This document shows positions 56,295 to 64,000 of a stretch of DNA of 64,000 nucleotides, in pieces. The stretch comes from Actinomycetes bacterium (GTDB lineage Bacteria > Actinomycetota > Acidimicrobiia > Acidimicrobiales > RAAP-2). The position numbers and the translations under genes were made by a program. Every line of letters begins with the position of its first letter. Position 1 is the stretch's first letter. Location: contig JAJYYG010000054.1 in NCBI GenBank assembly GCA_021801235.1, forward strand, positions 2,794-66,793, read 5' to 3'. Below the pieces are notes generated by a model. It had not been told where the DNA came from, made no database searches, and saw nothing but the letters and a program-made list of their open reading frames with translations.

Positions 56295-57100
56295 GTGGGG
56301 CTCCCGCTCTGCGCCGCTACCCGGCAGGGTCGGGCGGAGCGCGCCGCGTCCACCAGCGCCCGGAACGGGCGGACATCGCCCGACTCCTCGGGGTGCCACT
56401 GCAGGCCCACCGCGAAACGGTGCGCGGGGAGCTCCACCGCCTCGACCACCCCATCGGCACTCCGGGCGGCGACCACCACTCCACGACCGAGCGTCCCCAC
56501 CGCCTGGTGGTGGGAGCACAGCACGTCGAGCCGCTCCCCCACCATGGCGCACACCGTCGTCCCCGGTTCGGTGGCGACCGAGATCGGACTGAACCCGCCC
56601 GGCCGGGGCTGGTGGTCCTCGGTGCCGAGGACGTCCGGAAGATGCTGGACCAGGTCCCCTCCGAGGAGGACGTTCAGGAGCTGGTGGCCGCGGCAGATGG
56701 CGAGGAGCGGGAGATCGAGCCGGAGCGCCTCTGCCGCCAGCCCGAGCTCCAGGGCGTCGCGCCGCTCGTTGGTCCCCCCGTTTCTCGGGTCCTCCGGCTG
56801 TCCGTAGCGACCGGAGGCGACGTCCCCACCTCCGATGAGGAGTAGCCCGTCGAGCAGGGCGAGCAGGGAAGCTGGCCCGGCTGACGGGTCATCGTCGCCT
56901 TCCTCTCCGCCCCTGTCCGTCAGTCCACCCTCCCTCGTCCCGCCCCCCGGGGGGATCAGGACGGGCTGGCCACCGGCCGCCACCACCAGATCGAGATAGG
57001 TGCCGGGCACCAGGGCGGCGTCCCGCTGCCAGGCCCACCACGCCGTGGTCTGGCGGTAGGTGGTGATCCCGATCAGTGGAGGAGGCCCGGGCCGGGACAT
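56291..57100 (-). CDS. Class I glutamine amidotransferase / peptidase C26 (gamma-glutamyl-GABA hydrolase PuuD-like)
   Basis: Re-called ATG at 57100 (MSRPGPPPLIGITTY). Nucleophile in LLAICRGHQLLN, and His/Glu in GLQWHPEE. It contains an acidic Gly-rich insertion (GGTREGGLTDRGGEEGDDDPSAG). Confidence 0.85.
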   Translation of the reverse strand: MSRPGPPPLIGITTYRQTTAWWAWQRDAALVPGTYLDLVVAAGGQPVLIPPGGGTREGGLTDRGGEEGDDDPSAGPASLLALLDGLLLIGGGDVASGRYGQPEDPRNGGTNERRDALELGLAAEALRLDLPLLAICRGHQLLNVLLGGDLVQHLPDVLGTEDHQPRPGGFSPISVATEPGTTVCAMVGERLDVLCSHHQAVGTLGRGVVVAARSADGVVEAVELPAHRFAVGLQWHPEESGDVRPFRALVDAARSARPCRVAAQSGSPT

Positions 57101-57184
57101 GGGGGGAAGTATCCCACCGGCTCCGGCGGTTGCGGCGCGACCGGTGCGGGTGCGAACCTCGTCCATCCGAGCGAAGGAGGGCCC

Positions 57185-57961
57185 GTGGACCGACTGGTCG
57201 ACAAGGTTGCCGTCATCACCGGCGCCGGCAGCGGCATCGGGCGTGTCGCCGCCCGTCTGTTCGCCGACGAGGGGGCGAGCGTGGTGGTGGCGGACATCGA
57301 CGCCGACCAGGCGGGCGAAGCCGCCGCCGAGATCGCCGCGGCAGGCGGCACCGCCGTACCGGTCGGAGTCGACGTCTCCGACGAGCGGGAGGTGGCGGAC
57401 ATGGTCGAGGTCGCCGTCGGGCGCTTCGGGGGTCTCCATGTGCTCTTCAATAACGCCGGGGTCTTTCCTGCCGACGACGGGGGGATCCTCGACACCCCGC
57501 CCGACACATGGCAGCGGGTGATGGACGTCAACCTCAAGGGGGTGTGGCTCGGCTGCCGGGCCGCGGTACCTGCCATGTTGGCGTCCGGCGGCGGCTCGAT
57601 CGTCAACGTCGCCTCGTTCGTGGCGCTGATGGGGGCCGCCACCGCCCAGGTCGCCTACACCGCCTCGAAGGGCGGCGTCCTGGCGCTCACCCGCGAGCTG
57701 GCCGTGGAGTACGCCCGCTCGGGCATCCGGGCCAACTCCCTTTGCCCGGGGCCCATCGAGACGCCGCTCCTGTCGGAGCTCCTCGCCGACCCGGAGCGCC
57801 GGAACCGCCGCCTGGTGCACATCCCGATCGGACGCTTCGGACGTCCCGAGGAGATCGCCCGGGCCGCGCTCTTCCTGGCGTCGGACGAGTCCTCGTTCGT
57901 CACCGGCTCCGCCCTCGTGGTCGACGGGGGCATCACCGCCGCCTACGTCACACCCGAGTGA
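57185..57961 (+). CDS. Short-chain dehydrogenase/reductase (3-oxoacyl-ACP-reductase-like)
   Basis: 258 aa. Motifs ITGAGSGIG, NNAGV and YTASKGG. GTG start. Confidence 0.9.
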   Translation: MDRLVDKVAVITGAGSGIGRVAARLFADEGASVVVADIDADQAGEAAAEIAAAGGTAVPVGVDVSDEREVADMVEVAVGRFGGLHVLFNNAGVFPADDGGILDTPPDTWQRVMDVNLKGVWLGCRAAVPAMLASGGGSIVNVASFVALMGAATAQVAYTASKGGVLALTRELAVEYARSGIRANSLCPGPIETPLLSELLADPERRNRRLVHIPIGRFGRPEEIARAALFLASDESSFVTGSALVVDGGITAAYVTPE

Positions 57962-57988
57962 GGGCGGCGGCGGTCCGGACTCGACCCC

Positions 57989-58079
57989 GGGACCGGCCGG
58001 CGAGGACCCGGAGCAGCCGGCCGAGGACCCGGGACCGGCCGGCGAGGACCCGGAGCAGCCGGCCGAGGACCCGGGACCG
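57989..58079. repeat. 42-bp tandem duplication, about 2.2 copies (GGGACCGGCCGGCGAGGACCCGGAGCAGCCGGCCGAGGACCC)
   Basis: Identical copies at 57989-58030 and 58031-58072, then a 7-nt partial copy. It fills most of the SDR / GlnA-like intergenic spacer. Confidence 0.9.
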
Positions 58080-58097
58080 CTGGACGCCCTTACCGGA

Positions 58098-59489
58098 GTG
58101 GGTCAGAGTGCTGGGGTGATCACCATCGAGACCCTGCCCCATCAGATCCGGACGGGCGACATCGACACCGTGGTCGTCGCCTTCCCCGACCTGCAGGGTC
58201 GTCCGGTCGGCAAACGGGTCACGGGACCGTTCTTCCTCGACCACGTCGCCGAGCACGGGATCGAGGCCTGCGACTACCTGCTGGCGGTAGACGTCGACAT
58301 GACGCCGCTCCCGGGGTACGAGGTCGCCGGCTGGGAGCACGGCTACGGCGACCTGCATGCGGCGATCGATCCCGGGACCGTGCGACCCCTCCCGTGGACC
58401 CCGGGGACCGCGCTCGTCCTGTGCGACCTGTTCGACGCCGACGGCCGGCCGGTCGCAGTCTCCCCGCGCCAGGTCCTACGGCGTCAGATCGAGCGGGCCG
58501 CGGAGCATGGCCTGACCGTGTCGTGCGCCACCGAGCTCGAGTTCTACCTCTTCCGGCACTCGTTCGCCGACGCCGCCGACAGCCGCTGGAGGGACATGCT
58601 GGGTCCCGGGGACACCATCCAGGACTACCAGCTCCTCCAGACCTCCCGTGACGAAGACGTGCTCGGGCAGATCCGCGCCCAGATGCTGGCGGCCGGGATC
58701 CCCGTCGAGTCGTCCAAGGGCGAGGCCGGACCGGGTCAGCACGAGGTCAACCTGACCTACGGCAACCCTCTGGAGGTGGCCGACCGGCACATGATCTTCA
58801 AGGACGGCGTCAAGGAGATCGCCGCTCAGCACGGCCGGTCCGCCACCTTCATGGCCAAGTGGTCGATGGAGCACGCCGGGTCGTCCTGCCACATCCACAC
58901 CAGCCTGCGGGACGCCACCACCGGCCGGGCGCTCATGGCACCCGACGACGGCGACGGGTCCAGCGACGGGTCCGGGTTCTCGGAGATCGGCCGCCGGTTC
59001 GTGGCCGGGCAGGTGCACAGCGCCGCCCAGCTCGCCTGGTGCTTCGCCCCCTACCTCAACTCCTACCGGCGCTACCTTCCCAACTCGTGGGCGCCGACCG
59101 CGCTCGCATGGGGGACGGACAACCGCACGTGCGGCTTCCGCGCGGTGGGCTCCGGGGAGGGGCGCCGTATCGAGAACCGCGTGCCCGGTGCCGACGTCAA
59201 CCCGTACCTCGCCCTGGCCGCCTCCATCGCCGGAGGCCTGTGGGGGATCGACCACGGTCTGGAGCTGGAGCCGGCGTTCGGCGGGAACGCCTACGTAGAC
59301 GCCGACCTCCCCCGCATCCCGTCGACCCTGGTCGATGCGATCGACCTCCTGGCCCGCAGCGAGGTGGCGTCCGAGGCATTCGGCGCGGACGTCCACCACC
59401 ACATGGTGAACACCGCGCGTCAGGAGTGGGCGAGCGCCAACCAGGTGGTCACCGAGTGGGAGCTGGCGAGGAACTTCGAGCGGATCTGA
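58098..59489 (+). CDS. Glutamine-synthetase-family protein (gamma-glutamyl-polyamine/ethanolamine synthetase-like, GlnA2-4/PuuA type)
   Basis: 463 aa. GS catalytic-domain blocks: HEVNLTY, SSCHIHTSL, NRVPGADVNPYLALAASIAGG. The start (GTG 58098 or 58116) is uncertain. Confidence 0.9.
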   Translation: MGQSAGVITIETLPHQIRTGDIDTVVVAFPDLQGRPVGKRVTGPFFLDHVAEHGIEACDYLLAVDVDMTPLPGYEVAGWEHGYGDLHAAIDPGTVRPLPWTPGTALVLCDLFDADGRPVAVSPRQVLRRQIERAAEHGLTVSCATELEFYLFRHSFADAADSRWRDMLGPGDTIQDYQLLQTSRDEDVLGQIRAQMLAAGIPVESSKGEAGPGQHEVNLTYGNPLEVADRHMIFKDGVKEIAAQHGRSATFMAKWSMEHAGSSCHIHTSLRDATTGRALMAPDDGDGSSDGSGFSEIGRRFVAGQVHSAAQLAWCFAPYLNSYRRYLPNSWAPTALAWGTDNRTCGFRAVGSGEGRRIENRVPGADVNPYLALAASIAGGLWGIDHGLELEPAFGGNAYVDADLPRIPSTLVDAIDLLARSEVASEAFGADVHHHMVNTARQEWASANQVVTEWELARNFERI

Positions 59490-59749
59490 ACCCACGCGCA
59501 CCCGGGGGGCGGGTCTCCGTCACGGGCCTGCGTCACGGGCCTGCGAAACAGGGAGGGCAGGCGGGACCGGCGACAGGACCGGCGGTGGGCCGTGCCGCCG
59601 GCGGTGGGCCGTGCCGCCGGCGGCGGGTCCAGGACAGCAGGCCGTCCGCCCGCGGCGCTGCCGGGAGCAGTCGAGACGAGGGGCGGTCCGGTCTTCTGTG
59701 CACCGAGGTCTGCGTGCACGCCGACGCCCCTTCCGATGCCGTCGTCTCG

Positions 59750-61075
59750 CCTTCGCACATCTGACGCGTGTCTCACGTCCCCCACCGATCACCGGTAGCG
59801 GTCTTCAGGAACGCCGAGCAGGTCGAGCACGATCCTCTGGAGCGCGGTCAGCTCCGGCGGGAAGGTCTGGATCATCTGGCCGTTGGCGTCGATGAGGTGA
59901 CGTCGGGCGAGGCCATCGAAGATCTCGAAGAGCCGCACGGCGCTCGGTGATGAACAGGCACGCGGTTGGGGTACAGAGGGATCTTCTTCAGCCCGCGTGC
60001 CGCCATCGCCCGTCGGATCTCGAGCTCGACCAGAGCGTGGACGAGAAGCGCGATGAAGTGGCACGTCATGAGCCCCTCGATGCGGGCCTGATCGTGGAGG
60101 AACATGGGGGCGACCAGCTGGTCGCCCTTCAGCTGACGATGCCGGCGCTCGAGGCTCGGCTGGTGCTTGTAGGCGGCGAGGATCTCGGCGGGGTCGGCGT
60201 CCTTCTCGTTGGTGACGAGCGGCCAGCAGCCATCGGAGCGGACATCGGCCCCGATGGTGACTTCGTGGACATCGAGGTGGATCCGGTGCTTGGTGTGGGT
60301 GATCTGGCGGTAGCGGGTGTTGGCGCCGGGCCGTCCCCGGGTCTCTTGGCGGTGGCGGACCTCTTGGTACTCCTCAGATCACCCGGAATTCCTCGGCCGA
60401 TGGCCACGGTACTTCGGTGGTCTCGTCGACGTCGTCGGGTTCCCCGAGCCGTTTCGGAGGACAGCGCCGTGCCTCGCACCAGGTGGGTTCATGGTCCGCC
60501 AGATAGCGGTGGAATGCACCGTCCTCCCTGCGGGAGGCCGGCAGCACGGTGACGAACCGGCCACCGTGCCGGTTGATGTCGGTTGAAGTGCTCCATGTTG
60601 GCCTTGGTGGCGAGCTTGGAATCCGCGACGTAGCGGAACTCGCTCCGCCCGAGCGGCACACACGGGCCGTCCCGGGTGGCGATGTGGGTGGTCGAGTCCT
60701 CCACGGTGCCCGAGGCCACCCGGCAGGCGATCGGGACCGCTCCGTCGGCACTCACCGTGAGGATCTGACCAGTTGCTTGAGGTCGGGACGGAAGTCTTTG
60801 GAGTGACCCCCTGCTGCGGCAGCCGTCGGCTTGCCGCCCCGGGCACGGCCTGTCGTTCATCGAGAAGCCGGCTGATGGCAGAGCGCCGGGTTGGAGACCA
60901 CGACGCCGATTGCCTTGGCCGAGGAGCCGCACCCGGCGATCGGATGCAGGGGCGTACTGCTCGAGCAGTCGGGAGAGGCCGAGGCGAGCGAGGAAGTGGT
61001 CGACCACCGGCAACGCGCCGAGCGTCTCGGTCTCCAACCGGAACGGGCCCTGGGGACTTGCCGTCATGTCCCACC
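59750..61075 (-). mobile_element. Decayed IS4-superfamily (IS1634-like) insertion sequence
   Basis: Carries the frameshifted transposase listed below. The outer (right-hand) end is defined by comparison with the second end copy at 62691-62823. The inner (left-hand) boundary near 61075-61200 is not resolved. Confidence 0.6.
59789..61067 (-). pseudogene. DDE transposase pseudogene (IS4/IS1634-like), split over at least 3 frames
   Basis: Fragments read in different frames: MTASPQGPFRLETETLGALPVVDHFLARLGLSRLLEQY...; ...ILTVSADGAVPIACRVASGTVEDSTTHIA...FRYVADSKLATKANMEHFNRHGGRFVTVLP...; ...DPAEILAAYKHQPSLERRHRQLKGDQLVAPMFLHDQARIEGLMTCHFIALLVHALVELE... (a Y..E..K signature); ...FEIFDGLARRHLIDANGQMIQTFPPELTALQRIVLDLLGVPEDRYR. 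The total length is shorter than intact IS1634-type enzymes. Confidence 0.75.
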
Positions 61076-61203
61076 CTGCATACAGGGCTCTACGCGATCA
61101 GGCGTGGGGAGCGTCCCCTGATCCGTGGGACAGGTCGATGCGTCGCTTCCACGCCGGTGAGCGGCCGCCACGGTCGCCAACCTTGCCGTTGATTTCGACG
61201 GAC

Positions 61204-62130
61204 CTAATCGACCCGCCGTAGCTCGGTCCGGACAGCCTCGGACCGCGCTCGGAGCATCCGTCGTCGATCACCAGCGCCGAGGTGGGCGGGTTCAGTCGTC
61301 TCGACGAAGCCGACGAGCGCGTCCACGAACTGCTCCGGGCTCTCGATCTGCGGGAAGTGGCCCACGCCTTCGATGACCACCAGGCGACTCCCGGGAATTG
61401 CCTGGTGGGCGGTGTAGGCATGGCGCACGGGGATGATCACGTCCCGGTCCCCCCAGATGATCAAAGTCGGCATCGACGACGCCAGATAGAGCCGGTCCAT
61501 CGCGCTCACCACCTGGCCGCCCGGATCGATGACCGACTTGATGGTGCGTGCGAACGCGCGGCGGTTGTCCGACTCGACCAGCGACGCGTAGGCGCTCCAC
61601 ACCTCGTCGATGCGACCCAGCCTGACGCCCCGAGCGTTGATCATCCGGAACACGCTGTCTCCCCAGTCGCGGACGAACGACGGGAAGAGCACCGGCATCA
61701 CGTACTCGCTCGCCGGCAACGCCACCAGTCGGAGCACCCAGTTGACCTCCCGTCCGAGGCCGCCGCTGTCCACCAGCACCAGACGTTCGCAGAGCTCGGG
61801 GAATTGGTAGACGAATTGCATGGCGACACCGCCGCCGAAGGACTGGCCCACGACGGTCGCTCGGTCGATGCCGAGGACGTCGAGAAGGTCACGGATCCCG
61901 CTCGCGAAGGCACCCAGCGAGTAGTCCCCGACCGGTTTCTCCGACTGCCCGTGACCGGTGAGATCCGGTGCGAGCACCGTGAAGCGGTCCGTCAGCCGGG
62001 GGATCACGTCCCGCCAGGTTCGTGAGCTGCCGGCGATCCCGTGGAGGAGCAGGAGAACCGGACCGCTGCCTTCCAGCCGGTACGCCATGTCGTGACCGTG
62101 GATCGAGACGTGCCGCACGTGGGCTTCCAT
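61204..62130 (-). CDS. Alpha/beta hydrolase (meta-cleavage-product hydrolase / BphD-like fold)
   Basis: Motifs LLLLHGIAGSSRTW, nucleophile elbow VVGQSFGGG, and GVGHFPQIE. Start is the ATG at 62130, or the in-frame GTG at 62148 used by the track. GC is lower than the window average. Confidence 0.85.
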   Translation of the reverse strand: MEAHVRHVSIHGHDMAYRLEGSGPVLLLLHGIAGSSRTWRDVIPRLTDRFTVLAPDLTGHGQSEKPVGDYSLGAFASGIRDLLDVLGIDRATVVGQSFGGGVAMQFVYQFPELCERLVLVDSGGLGREVNWVLRLVALPASEYVMPVLFPSFVRDWGDSVFRMINARGVRLGRIDEVWSAYASLVESDNRRAFARTIKSVIDPGGQVVSAMDRLYLASSMPTLIIWGDRDVIIPVRHAYTAHQAIPGSRLVVIEGVGHFPQIESPEQFVDALVGFVETTEPAHLGAGDRRRMLRARSEAVRTELRRVD

Positions 62131-62690
62131 GGGGACATCTTCACCCACCGGAGCGCGCTGGCCTGCAGCGGCGGTCCTTCACCCGCCCTCAGGCACGGTC
62201 AACCTGCTCCAACGTGCCCGGGTGGGCGACCAGTCGTATGCCGTCGTCCTGTCGTCCTGCCGTCAGTCCACGGGCGGGAGCGGATCCTGGCTGTGCTCCT
62301 GGCCAACGGGACAGCATGGTGCCCGGCGGCCGACGCCACGTTCGCTCGCCGACCGCGGGCATCCGACGTGCCGTCCTGCGCTGCAGCCACGATGGCGGGA
62401 ACCGTCGTTTGGATGCGGCATTCGGCGCTCCTGCCGGCACGGCCGGGGCATCCACAGCATCGGCTGCCGAGATCAGTGCCGAACGCTGTGAAGTCGGGAC
62501 AGGCCGCCTCCACACTCGCGGTGTTCCTCGGGGGCCCGGACCCAAGACCTCCGGGACTGTCGCCCTTCACCCCAATACCGTTCAGTTAGTACTACAGCGG
62601 CGTAGTTTCGGGGCATGCCCCGCGCCGGATGGACGAAGCCCGAGTCGCAGCGTCGCCTGTCGGACCTGGTGTCGGTCGGGGTTCTCATGC

Positions 62691-62823
62691 GGACCTTCCC
62701 CCCCGAGCCTCGTCGACGGAGCTGACCGCGCTCCAGAGGTTCGTGCTCGACCTGCTCGACGTCCCCGAAGACCGCTACCGGAGATCGATGGGGGACGTGA
62801 AACACGTGTCAAATGTGCGGAGG
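62691..62823 (+). mobile_element. Solo right-end fragment of the same IS, in the opposite orientation
   Basis: The plus strand reads ...ELTALQRFVLDLLDVPEDRYR followed by TCGATGGGGGACGTGAAACACGTGTCAAATGTGCGGAGG. This is near-identical to the reverse complement of 59750-59870 (TCGGTGGGGGACGTGAGACACGCGTCAGATGTGCGAAGG). Similarity stops on both sides. Confidence 0.7.
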
Positions 62824-62880
62824 AGGGGTCAAGGATGCTGCTGTCCGGTGCGACGCGGATCGGATGCCGGAGCCGGGCAC

Positions 62881-64000
62881 TCACCCCGGGGGTGAGACCG
62901 TTACCGTCACCGAGGCCGCCCCGGCCGCCTGCGCCACGGTCAGCGTCTGGCCCCGGGCCGTCACGACGTGACCGCCGGTCACGTGGACCGCGTAGTTGGA
63001 CGGGTAGAGCGACATCGGCACATTGAAGAGCGTAGGGACCGTCGGCGGGTACATCCGCCCTCCCGGTCCACGCGTCGACCACGAGAAGGTCATGGTGCGC
63101 GTGGTCGGGTCGTAGGCCGACGCCATCGGGGTGCCGGCCACCGCCACCGGATGGGGTCGCACGATCGCCGCGACCGTGGAGGAGATGAGGTTGGAACCCG
63201 ACGGCGGCTGGGCCAGCGAGTGGACCACGTCCTCGTTGAAGGCCCAGAAGATCCACGGCACCAGGGACTGATCCGCCTCGCCGATCATTCGGTCGATGGT
63301 GGTGGTGTCGTCGGTGGCCCCGAACTCCGTCTCGAGGAGAGCACCTCCGGTCGTCCGGGACCAGTCGACGGCATTGTGCAGCACTGCAGGCTCGTCGGCC
63401 GGGGCAGCTGCGTACATGTGGAAGCTGAGACCACCGTCCTTCTCGGCGGCCGGCAGGGCCACATGGGTGGTCGACAGCCCGAAGTCGAACAGGACGTATG
63501 GCTCGGCGAAGACGAGGTGCCGAGTGTCGTGGGCCCGGATCGAACGGTCGACCCGGGCGTAGTAGGGGTCGAGCCCGGACCGGTCGAGCGCCGGGCAACC
63601 GGTGGGGTCGGAAAGGCATGGCTGCCACGTCGTTCCCGGCCATGGCTCGTTCAGCAGGTCGTAGCCGAGCACCCGGGCATTCGAGGAGACCGCGGAGGCC
63701 AGCGTGCCGAACATGGAGGCCACGCGCTGCTGCAACGGCACGCCTCCCGGGCCGCGGGCGTCCTTCCAGAAGCTGTCGAACGCCGCCTGCACGGCCGGGT
63801 CGCTGGTGTAATAGCCGGGAAAGGGGGCGTGGTTGTTGACGGCGCCCCCCGTCAGGGTCATCCATCCCGGGAACCCGTCGGACCCGACGGTCGGCCCCCA
63901 GCCGTCCTGATGAAGGTCGACCAGGACCAGGATCCCGTGGGAGGTGAGCTGGTCCACCGTCTTGACGTAGGAGTCGAGCCACGCCCGGTTGATGGTACCC
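62881..64000 (-). CDS. Glycoside hydrolase family 5 (endoglycoceramidase/cellulase-like), N-terminus beyond the right window edge
   Basis: Acid/base motif LLNEPW and nucleophile motif ETEFG, plus a C-terminal beta-sandwich-like extension. The reading frame stays open upstream of the track start (…GTINRAWLDSYVKTVDQLTSHG) to position 64000. Confidence 0.85.
   Translation of the reverse strand, partial: GTINRAWLDSYVKTVDQLTSHGILVLVDLHQDGWGPTVGSDGFPGWMTLTGGAVNNHAPFPGYYTSDPAVQAAFDSFWKDARGPGGVPLQQRVASMFGTLASAVSSNARVLGYDLLNEPWPGTTWQPCLSDPTGCPALDRSGLDPYYARVDRSIRAHDTRHLVFAEPYVLFDFGLSTTHVALPAAEKDGGLSFHMYAAAPADEPAVLHNAVDWSRTTGGALLETEFGATDDTTTIDRMIGEADQSLVPWIFWAFNEDVVHSLAQPPSGSNLISSTVAAIVRPHPVAVAGTPMASAYDPTTRTMTFSWSTRGPGGRMYPPTVPTLFNVPMSLYPSNYAVHVTGGHVVTARGQTLTVAQAAGAASVTVTVSPPG

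Overview
This is a very GC-rich window, about 70% by eye (not computed), and looks like actinobacterial chromosome. I support about 53 protein-coding genes. I found no rRNA, tRNA or CRISPR array.

The backbone is housekeeping and metabolism:
- pepN.
- An iscS-mnmA-ligA block and gatCAB, as in mycobacterial gene order.
- fabH and a thiolase.
- Several SDR, ALDH and MFS genes.
- A gamma-glutamylation (GlnA-like/PuuD-like/ALDH) catabolic cluster.
- A CtaG-like/SCO copper-delivery operon.

Many neighbouring genes are translationally coupled by 4-nt ATGA, GTGA or TTGA overlaps. The many long Arg/Pro/Gly-rich ORFs in the track that overlap these genes are antisense or off-frame GC artefacts.

The parts most worth a second look are:
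1. A lower-GC islet at 3.3-4.9 kb. It carries a single-domain RelA/SpoT (toxSAS-like) gene overlapping an 85-aa acidic ORF, so it is a candidate toxin-antitoxin or defence module.
2. An Nramp-related transporter whose canonical DPGN and MPH metal-site motifs read NDAGG and TPY. It is co-transcribed with a soluble PRC-barrel/MgtE-N/CBS protein and sits behind a 435-nt structured leader with a Pro-containing uORF.
3. A repeat-rich divergent intergenic region at 51.9-52.4 kb. It has a 30-bp GC-rich tandem array, a possible 37-aa membrane ORF, and five 28-bp AT-richer units built from the inverted repeat GAGTCC/GGACTC, directly upstream of an HtrA-like protease that has a (SSPYGSG)n tail instead of a PDZ domain.
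4. A PASTA kinase / Cys-rich mini-HIT / Dam-type methyltransferase operon lying between ligA and gatCAB.
5. A lower-GC segment at 59.75-62.82 kb. It is bounded by inverted copies of the same IS end, with a decayed IS4/IS1634-like transposase and an alpha/beta-hydrolase cargo gene.

Start codons are often GTG or TTG, and several starts are my own re-calls inside longer track ORFs.
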